In this document: piece by piece, positions 57,206-64,000 of the stretch | How positions within the stretch are numbered: position 1 is the stretch's first letter | Layout: each line of letters begins with the position of its first letter | Source: an uncultured Syntrophobacterales bacterium | GTDB lineage: Bacteria > Desulfobacterota > Binatia > UBA9968 > JAJDTQ01 | DNA: 64,000 nucleotides | Assembly (NCBI GenBank): GCA_964519455.1 | Contig: CAZFIU010000012.1 | Location: 2,775-66,774, forward strand | Reading direction: 5' to 3' | Position numbers and translations under genes: made by a program | The notes under the pieces: model-generated | What the model was told of the DNA's origin: nothing | Databases searched by the model: none | What the model saw: only the letters and a program-made list of their open reading frames with translations

Positions 57206-58413
57206 TCCTTGGGCGAGTCTCCCGAGCGCAGCGCCAGCGGCGCCATCAGGCCCACGCTCACGAAGGACAGGATGCCCATGGCCTGGAACAGCGTGGACAT
57301 CTCCGTGTACGCCAGCAGCAGGCCGATACCGGAGACTCCGGCGGTCTTGGCGACCTGCTGGGTCAGGCGGTCGAGGGAGATGACCCCGCCGCGCAGCTCC
57401 AGCGGCGCGTTCTGCGTGAGCAGGCTCTTCTGCATGGGCGAGATGATTCCGTTGGCGAGGCCGTAGAGCAACAGCACCGGGACCAGGGTGCCGGTGCCGG
57501 AGGCGAAGGACACGGCCAGCAGCGCGAGGCCGCTCACCACGAAGGCGCCCAGCACCAGACGTCCCTTGTCCCATGCACGCGCGAGGCGTCCGGCCTGGCT
57601 CGACGTCACCATGGCGCCCACGGCGTGGAAGGAGCGCAGCAGGCCCGCGCCGGCGGTGGAGAAACCGTGGGCGCGCACCAGGTACAGCGGCAGATAGGTG
57701 AAGAAGCCGTAGTCCAGGAAGAAGCGCAGGAAGCCGGCGGCGAAGGCCAGCAGCAGGCGCGGGGCGCGCACCACCTTGCCCACGTCCCTGAGGTACTGGC
57801 CCGTGGACGCCGGCGCCGTGCCGCGGGTCTCCGGCATCCACGCCCAGGCGAGCAGGCCCAGTGGGATGGCGGCGGCGTAGATGAGGAAGGGCCAGCGCCA
57901 TCCCACCAGCGCCAGCGCGCCGCCCAGGGGCGGCAGCACCACTTCGCCCACCCGGTCGATGAAGACCTTCAGCCCCTGGCCGGAGACCTCGCGGCGGCCT
58001 TCCAGCAGGTCGCCGATGAGCACGATGGTGAGCGGAATCACCGCGCTGAAGCCGACGCCCTGGAGGGTGCGCAGCGCCAGCACCCATCCGAAGCTCGGCG
58101 CGAACGCCACCGCGGCGCCGGCCGCGCCGAACAGCAGCAGCCCGCCCAGCAGCAGCGGGCGCCTGCCGTAGCGGTCGGCGGCGATCCCGAAAAGCGGCGC
58201 CAGCACGATGGCGGGGGCGGTGTAGACCGCGATGACGAGCCCGACCTCCGCGTCGGTGATGCCGAACGGCTCCAGCATGACCGGGAGGACCTGCTGGACG
58301 ATGTTCACGCCCATGATCACCAGCAGGCTCGAGGCGTAGACGAGTCCCAGGGAACGCCGCAGGTCGGCGGGAAGCTCGCCCAGGTCGAACAGCGAAGTGG
58401 GAGAGAATCGCAT
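57166..58413 (-). CDS. MFS transporter
   Basis: The protein is about 415 aa with 12 predicted transmembrane spans and shows the MFS motif GIAADRYGRRP. Confidence 0.8.
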   Translation of the reverse strand: MRFSPTSLFDLGELPADLRRSLGLVYASSLLVIMGVNIVQQVLPVMLEPFGITDAEVGLVIAVYTAPAIVLAPLFGIAADRYGRRPLLLGGLLLFGAAGAAVAFAPSFGWVLALRTLQGVGFSAVIPLTIVLIGDLLEGRREVSGQGLKVFIDRVGEVVLPPLGGALALVGWRWPFLIYAAAIPLGLLAWAWMPETRGTAPASTGQYLRDVGKVVRAPRLLLAFAAGFLRFFLDYGFFTYLPLYLVRAHGFSTAGAGLLRSFHAVGAMVTSSQAGRLARAWDKGRLVLGAFVVSGLALLAVSFASGTGTLVPVLLLYGLANGIISPMQKSLLTQNAPLELRGGVISLDRLTQQVAKTAGVSGIGLLLAYTEMSTLFQAMGILSFVSVGLMAPLALRSGDSPKDPLPTPGFPLSRE

Positions 58414-58691
58414 CAAGCCCCTCACTGAAACATCGGCTCACACATCGGCTCACGGCGCCGGTTTCACAGGTCGATTTCAGCCAACCTCCATGTTGCGGTT
58501 GACCGCGACTGTCCGGGGGGCCTCCATCGAAGTGGATCCAGGTCCCCGATCAACCTGTCCTTACGCGCGAATCCGCGTGGCGGCAAGAGTACCTTGCCGG
58601 TAACGCGAAATCCTGCGCATATTATAGCCATGGGTTTGCATTCCAACGGGCGGGTTACGGTTGCGAAGACGGTGCGACGGGAGGCGCCGGA

Positions 58692-59057
58692 ATGACGCTT
58701 TCGATCTGGGTCGGCCTGTTCGGCATCGCGGCCGGGGCGGCGGCGGCCGTGTATTTCCGCGAACGCCTCGGAAAGCCGGAGTTCCTATGGATGGTGGGGC
58801 TCGCGGCCGTGGCGCCGGCGTGGCTCATCGCGCTCACCGGCCTGCTGGACGGCCTCTCCGGGGTGAACCCGGACAAGGGGCTCAAGGCGTTCCTGGCCCT
58901 GTCTTCGGCGGCGGCGCTGATCGGTGTCATCGCCACCGAGTTCTGCGTCCGCTGGCTCAAGACGCGGGCGGCGTGGGCGCCGCGCGTGCTGTACTGGTTG
59001 CTCGGCGGCGTGGCGCTGCTGCCGTCCTGGTGCCTGCTCTTGTGGAGGGTTGGGTGA
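58692..59057 (+). CDS. Small hydrophobic membrane protein (121 aa), hypothetical
   Basis: An RBS acgggagg precedes the ATG. It has about four hydrophobic spans and sits just upstream of the CtaG-like gene. Confidence 0.45.
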   Translation: MTLSIWVGLFGIAAGAAAAVYFRERLGKPEFLWMVGLAAVAPAWLIALTGLLDGLSGVNPDKGLKAFLALSSAAALIGVIATEFCVRWLKTRAAWAPRVLYWLLGGVALLPSWCLLLWRVG

Positions 59058-60094
59058 CGGAGCGGGTGACACGCGGGCGGGCGCACGCCGGTGCATCGTA
59101 CGGCGGACGCACCCGGCGTGCCGCGCGCCGCGCACGCCCGGCGGCCGCCGTCGCGGTGCTGTCGGCGCTCTCGTGGCCGGGGACTCTGCTGGCCCACGGA
59201 GGCCACGGAGCCGACGAGCCGCTGCCGTTCGACGCGCTGATCCTGCTGTTCGGCATGATGCCCTCGGGACTGCGCCTGGACATCATGCTGGTGCTGGCGC
59301 TGGCGGCGGGCGTCTACCTCACCGGCTGGGTGCGGCTGCGGGGGCAGGCGGAAGGCGCCGCCACGGTGACCGGGCTGCTGCTCTACCTGGGCGGCATCGC
59401 CGCGCTGGCGGTGGCTTTGGTGTCGCCGGTGGACCGTCTCGCGGCCGAGCGCCTCAGCATGCACATGGTGCAGCACATCCTGCTGCTGATGATCGCGCCC
59501 TTGGGCATTCTCCTGGCCAATCCCTTCCCGGTGGTGCTGTGGGGCCTCCCCGGAGGCCTTCGCGAGAGCTTCGCCGGGCTGTTTCGCGAGGGACGCATGG
59601 GGCGGTCCGTGCTGACCGCGCTCACGTCGATGCCGGTGGCCTGGAGCCTCTACGTGGTCAACCTGTGGGGGTGGCACCATCCGGCTTTGTACCAGGCGGC
59701 GCTGCGCCACTGGTGGGTGCACGATCTCGAACACTGGCTGTTCTTCACCACCGCGGTGCTCTTCTGGTGGCCCATCCTGAACGTGGCGCCGCTCTACCGC
59801 CCGGCGCGGCCGCTGGGGACAAGGGTGGTCTACCTCATCGCGGCGACCTTGCAGAACACGCTCCTGGGCATGGCCATCGCCGTGCCCGAGCGCGTGCTGT
59901 ACCCGTTCTACGCCGCCGTCCCCGGCCTCGCGGCGCTGAGCCCGATCCAGGACCAGGGGCTCGGCGGCGGCATCATGTGGGTCAGCGGCCACATGTACGT
60001 GATCCCGATCCTGGTGCTGGTGGCGCGCCGGCTCATCTCCGAGGACGAGGCCGCCAATGCCCGGGACGGCGTGGCGGGCGCGGGGGTTGGTTGA
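59056..60094 (+). CDS. Cytochrome c oxidase assembly factor CtaG (caa3-type, Cox-assembly membrane protein)
   Basis: Translation carries conserved polytopic membrane core segments: MHMVQHILLLMIAPLGILLANPFP...WSLYVVNLWGWHHPALYQAALRHWWVHDLEHWLFFTTAVLFWWPILN. The start is uncertain: GTG at 59056 or 59068. Confidence 0.65.
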
Positions 60095-60287
60095 GATGGC
60101 CTGCCGTAGCCTGATTTCATGGTACTTGCGGATGACAGGGTGTTTGCGTCCGTCGACTTCGTACACCCTCCGGCCAGCGCGGTGTCCGGCACGCGCGGAG
60201 CGAACGGGCAGGGTCTTGTCCGGCCGTATCTCTCGAGTGTCGCGGCCGACGGGAAGGGCGCCGGGCGCTTGCATCCGGTTGCCGGCG

Positions 60288-60953
60288 ATGGCGTTGCTCT
60301 TCGTGTTTTCGTGCGGCCCGGCCTGGAGCGCGGTGGAGCCGGAAAGCCTGCGCAGGCTCGGATTCCTGGTCCAGGAGGGGTTCGAGGAAGCCCCGTCGTT
60401 CAAGACGGTGGACGCGGCCGGGAAAGCAGCCACCCTGGAGGACTACCGCGGCAGGGTGGTGTTGCTCAACTTCTGGGCCACGTGGTGTCCGCCGTGCCGG
60501 CTCGAGATGCCGGACATGGAGCGGCTCTACCAGGAGTTCCGGGGGCAGGGCCTCGAAGTCGTCGCGGTGAACTTCATGGAGACGGCGGATGAGGTGAAGG
60601 CGTTCGCGGAAGAGCAGAAGCTCACTTATCCCATGTTGATGGACCCGCGCAGCGAGATCGCCGGGCAGTACGGCGTGATGCGGCTCCCGGAAACGGTTCT
60701 CATCGGCCGCCAGGGCGAGGTCCTCGGCAAGAGCATCGGGTTCAAGGCCTGGTACAAGGACGACGTGCGTGAGTTGATGGCGGCGCTGCTGGGCGACGGC
60801 GCGGCCCTGGCCGCCGTTCCGGCGGGCGCCGTCGCGGAAACAGAGCCCGCGGGCAACCACGATTCGGCGTATCTCGCCGGCGCCATCGTCCTGGTGATCG
60901 GTGTCTATCTCGCGTTTCGGCGACGGCGCGGCCGTGGAGGCGCGGGGAGCTAG
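60288..60953 (+). CDS. TlpA/ResA family thiol:disulfide oxidoreductase (thioredoxin-like), with C-terminal hydrophobic anchor
   Basis: Translation shows the redoxin active site WATWCPPCRLEMP. The N-terminus MALLFVFSCG looks like a signal or lipoprotein sequence. Confidence 0.75.
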   Translation: MALLFVFSCGPAWSAVEPESLRRLGFLVQEGFEEAPSFKTVDAAGKAATLEDYRGRVVLLNFWATWCPPCRLEMPDMERLYQEFRGQGLEVVAVNFMETADEVKAFAEEQKLTYPMLMDPRSEIAGQYGVMRLPETVLIGRQGEVLGKSIGFKAWYKDDVRELMAALLGDGAALAAVPAGAVAETEPAGNHDSAYLAGAIVLVIGVYLAFRRRRGRGGAGS

Positions 60954-61074
60954 GATCCTCCGCCGCTCCGCTTACCTGGATTGCGTTTCCCAGGCTGTGT
61001 CAAGACGCTCCAGGCGGTAACGTCACTAATCAGACCGTGTGAAAACACCATCTTGACGAGGCAATAACCCCCAG

Positions 61075-61262
61075 AAACGTCATTCCCGCGAAAGCTTGCC
61101 CTCGACCCCGATCGGGGGCGGGAATCCAGGCGGGGTGAGGCGGAATACGCCCATTCGGCCTCTCCCCACCCATGGATTCCCGCTTTCGCGGGAATGACGA
61201 TTCGAGAGGTCTCCGCCCTATGCGGTGTTGACACAGCCTGTTGCGCGGGAATGACGAATGCG
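61075..61262. repeat. Composite repeat: module B/A palindrome CGTCATTCCCGCGAAAGCTTGCCCTCGACCCCGATCGGGGGCGGGAATCCAGGCGGGGTGAGG...CCCATGGATTCCCGCTTTCGCGGGAATGACG plus module C GTTGACACAGCCTGTTGCGCGGGAATGACG (61226-61256)
   Basis: Read directly. It is intergenic, between the TlpA and lgt genes. Confidence 0.8.
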
Positions 61263-61318
61263 GCCACCGGCAGGTTCCGCATCGCGCCGGCTTAGCGGGT
61301 TGTACCGGTAACGAAACC

Positions 61319-62167
61319 ATGTGGACTTTCCCCAATATCGATCCGGTGGCGTTTCAGGTAGGACCGTTGCCGGTCCGGTGGTACGGGCTGATGTACATCT
61401 TCGGCTTCGTCGGCGGTTTTTTCATCGCCGCGTGGCTTGCGCGCAAGCGCGGTCTGGCGCTGGGAGGGGAGAAGCTGGTGGAGCTCATCAGCTACGTGGC
61501 CATCGGGGTCGTGCTGGGGGGGCGGTTGGGCTACGTGGTATTCTACAACCTCCCGTACTACCTGGCCAACCCGACACAGATCTTCGCGGTGTGGGAGGGA
61601 GGCATGTCGTTTCACGGCGGCATGCTCGGGGCCGCGCTGGCCGGCTGGTGGTACGTGCGCCAGCAGGGGATACCGTTCTATTCCGCCTCCGACTGCATCT
61701 TCGCGGCGGCGCCCCTGGGCTTGGGCCTGGGCCGGTTGGGAAACTTCATCAACGGCGAGTTGTACGGGCGCACGACGGAGGCGCCGTGGGGCATGGTGTT
61801 TCCGGGCGGCGGGCCGTTGCCGCGCCATCCCTCCCAGCTCTACGAGGCGTTTCTCGAGGGCCCGGTGCTGATGGGAGTGCTGCTGTGGCTGGGAACGCGG
61901 ACCCGGGCGCCGGGCATCGTCACATGGTCGTTCGTCGGGGGCTACGGGATCGCCCGGTTCCTGGTCGAGTTCGTGCGCGAGCCCGACGCCCACCTCGGGC
62001 TCACGTTGGGTCTGTCGCGCGGGCAGTATCTCAGCGCGGTGATGATCGCTGCGGCGGCTATCTTCCAGGGGATGCCATGGGGGCGTTCGCGAACACGACC
62101 GGCCGAATCCGGACGCGCGTCCGCGCGACGCGTGGCTACTCGTCCATCTCGCCGAAGTAGTCCCTGA
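61319..62167 (+). CDS. lgt: Prolipoprotein diacylglyceryl transferase
   Basis: Translation begins MWTFPNIDPVAFQVGPLPVRWYGLMY and contains GGRLGYVVFYN. The Lgt signature sequences G-R-L-G-N-F-I-N-G-E-L and H-P-S-Q-L-Y-E are present. Confidence 0.85.
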   Translation: MWTFPNIDPVAFQVGPLPVRWYGLMYIFGFVGGFFIAAWLARKRGLALGGEKLVELISYVAIGVVLGGRLGYVVFYNLPYYLANPTQIFAVWEGGMSFHGGMLGAALAGWWYVRQQGIPFYSASDCIFAAAPLGLGLGRLGNFINGELYGRTTEAPWGMVFPGGGPLPRHPSQLYEAFLEGPVLMGVLLWLGTRTRAPGIVTWSFVGGYGIARFLVEFVREPDAHLGLTLGLSRGQYLSAVMIAAAAIFQGMPWGRSRTRPAESGRASARRVATRPSRRSSP

Positions 62168-62381
62168 GGATCCGCTCCTTTACGTACTCCAGGGCGCCGA
62201 GGTCGTGCAGGATGTCGCCGCCGGTGTCGTAAAAGAAGATGTCACCGTTCTTGTTGCGGCCCACCGCCATCAGCCACTCCAGCTCGTCGCGGTCTTCGAG
62301 CAGGTAGTTGATGGTCTGGCTGGCGCCGTTGCTGTCGATGATGGTGACTTTCGGAGTTACCCGTTTCTTCGGCTGGGTCAT
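62136..62381 (-). CDS. Hypothetical small acidic protein (81 aa)
   Basis: The ORF is non-repetitive and not Arg-rich. It overlaps the lgt 3' end convergently by 32 nt. Confidence 0.4.
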   Translation of the reverse strand: MTQPKKRVTPKVTIIDSNGASQTINYLLEDRDELEWLMAVGRNKNGDIFFYDTGGDILHDLGALEYVKERILRDYFGEMDE

Positions 62382-62558
62382 TGCTTCCTCCCAGCACGCA
62401 GTCTACACCAGCGGGCGCCTTTGACTCAAGGGTCGGTCGCTGCCGGGCGGCAGTTTTCGCCGGGCCGGGCGCATTTCAAGTGACGATGCAGCAAAACAAT
62501 CGTAACTTGCCGTCCATACGAGCTATTCGTGAGTGACACCCGAGGCATCGCGAAGCCG

Positions 62559-63830
62559 CTACCCGCGGACCAGTTCCGCGATCGTCTCTACGTGGAACGT
62601 CTGGGGGAAGAGATCCACCGGACGCGCGCGCCGCAACGCGTAGCCCTGGGCCGCGAGCTGGCGCAGGTCGCGCGCCAATGTGGCCGGGTCGCATGAGACG
62701 TAGAGGACCTTCCCGGCCCCAAGCGCCGCCAGCCGCGGAGCCGCGTGCTTGGCCCCGGTACGGGGCGGGTTGAGCACGATGGTGGTGAAGCGGCGCTTCT
62801 GGCGGATGAACTCATCCACGGCGGCCGGGACATCGCGCCGCCACCAGCGGATGTTGCCGACGTCGTTGTCCGCGGCATTGCGCCGGCCGTTGCGCACCAG
62901 TCGCGCATCGGCTTCCACGGCGGTCACCCGCCGCGCCCTCCGGGCCGCGGGCAGGGTGAGGTTGCCGGCGCCGGCGTAGAGCTCCAGCACGTCATCCTCG
63001 GCGCCGAAGCCGCCCCAGGCCGTCACCTCGTCCACCAGGCGGCGGTTCCCCTCCGGGTCGACCTGGCTGAAAGTCCCTGCGTCGTGGGTCAGCCGAAGGT
63101 CGCCGTCCACGACACACGAAAGCGCGGTCTCGCCCCACCGCCGACGCCATCCGGGCCCCGCCATCACGATTCCCGCCACCGGGCCGCCGACCCACTCCGT
63201 GCACGCGTCGCTGTCGGCGCCCTGGTAGGCGTGCCGGCTCTTGGCCGACAGGATGACCTGCCCCGGCCGGTCGGCGCTCAGGACCTCCACCTCCGACACC
63301 GGCGTGGCCAGACGCTCCACCCATCGGGCGGCGAGCTCGATCCCGCCGTCCACGTCGGCCTCGGCGATGTGGCAACTGCGAACCTCCACGATCTCGCGGG
63401 AGAACGCCCGGTGGAACCCGATTCTTCCCTCTCCGTCCACGTGCAGCACGATGCGGCGCCGATAGTGGAACTCGCGGGACCCGGGCAGGATGGGAAGAAG
63501 CTCGAACCCGGCAAGGCCGCCGACGCGCGCCAGCGCATCCGCGACGTTCCGTTGTTTGGCCCGAAGCTGCGTCTCGTAGGCCGCCTCCTGCCATGAGCAC
63601 CCACCGCAGGCACCGGTGTAGGGGCAGGGCGCCTCCCGGCGCGCCGGCGATGGTTCCACGACCGCCCTGACCCGCGCCACGGAGTAGCGCTTGTGCTCCT
63701 CCACCACGTCCACTTCCACCCGGTCCCCGGGCACGGTCAGCGGCACCAGCACGACCTTGCCGTCGCTACGGCCGAGCCCGAAGGGGCCGTGCGTGAGCGT
63801 GTCGATGGTCAGGGCGAGTCGGGCCGTCAC
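62559..63830 (-). CDS. TRAM-domain 23S rRNA (uracil-5)-methyltransferase RumA-like class I SAM-dependent RNA methyltransferase
   Basis: Translation shows a TRAM-like N-terminus, a Cys cluster CPYTGACGGCSWQE and a SAM-methyltransferase fold. GTG start at 63830. Confidence 0.75.
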   Translation of the reverse strand: MTARLALTIDTLTHGPFGLGRSDGKVVLVPLTVPGDRVEVDVVEEHKRYSVARVRAVVEPSPARREAPCPYTGACGGCSWQEAAYETQLRAKQRNVADALARVGGLAGFELLPILPGSREFHYRRRIVLHVDGEGRIGFHRAFSREIVEVRSCHIAEADVDGGIELAARWVERLATPVSEVEVLSADRPGQVILSAKSRHAYQGADSDACTEWVGGPVAGIVMAGPGWRRRWGETALSCVVDGDLRLTHDAGTFSQVDPEGNRRLVDEVTAWGGFGAEDDVLELYAGAGNLTLPAARRARRVTAVEADARLVRNGRRNAADNDVGNIRWWRRDVPAAVDEFIRQKRRFTTIVLNPPRTGAKHAAPRLAALGAGKVLYVSCDPATLARDLRQLAAQGYALRRARPVDLFPQTFHVETIAELVRG

Positions 63831-63950
63831 TGCATCATACCGGGGCCCCCGCCGGCAGGGCTTTGCCGGGAGGGGGATATGGGGTAGGAATTGGGAATTC
63901 GAGCGCACCGGTATTCATCGGGTTCACCTGGATGGGAGGCCGCCTTTACG

Positions 63951-64000
63951 TCATGGAACACGACCCACGCTTTCTCGCCGCCATCGACGAGTTCAACCGG
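63951..64000 (+). CDS. 5' end of an unidentified gene (MEHDPRFLAAIDEFN...), truncated at the window edge
   Basis: An RBS ggatgggagg lies 8 nt upstream of the ATG. Confidence 0.25.

Overview
High-GC (~67%) bacterial chromosomal segment with no rRNA, tRNA or CRISPR that I could recognise. Gene density is high, with about 60 protein-coding genes on both strands. Because of the GC content, most long arginine-rich six-frame ORFs are antisense shadows, and I called genes from recognisable protein families instead. The content is mainly housekeeping and catabolic. Recognisable genes include a CoxMSL-type molybdenum hydroxylase operon; four luciferase-like (LLM) flavin/F420-type oxidoreductases, two of them tandem paralogs; a TctCBA tripartite tricarboxylate transporter; two UbiD-family decarboxylases; and tandem amidohydrolase-2 paralogs. 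There is a yicC-gmk-relA/spoT block followed by rpmB, then uppP, lgt, mltA, and a CtaG-TlpA cytochrome oxidase assembly pair. A catabolic cluster contains an opine dehydrogenase, an enolase-superfamily enzyme, an M24 peptidase and two ornithine-cyclodeaminase paralogs. Several M20 peptidases and a run of hydrolases are also present. Three things stand out. (1) A YruB/NrdH-type glutaredoxin gene has an in-frame TGA exactly at the first Cys of its CPPC redox motif, followed by a hairpin at bSECIS-like spacing, so it is a candidate selenoprotein. (2) A family of mosaic palindromic extragenic repeats with core GTCATTCCCGCGAAAGCGGGAATCC is inserted in at least eight intergenic regions. (3) Two UbiD decarboxylases have no UbiX in the window. 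I saw no obvious mobile element, integrase, defence system or toxin-antitoxin. The lineage is probably an F420/LLM-rich high-GC group such as Actinobacteria, Chloroflexi or Rokubacteria, but this is inference only.
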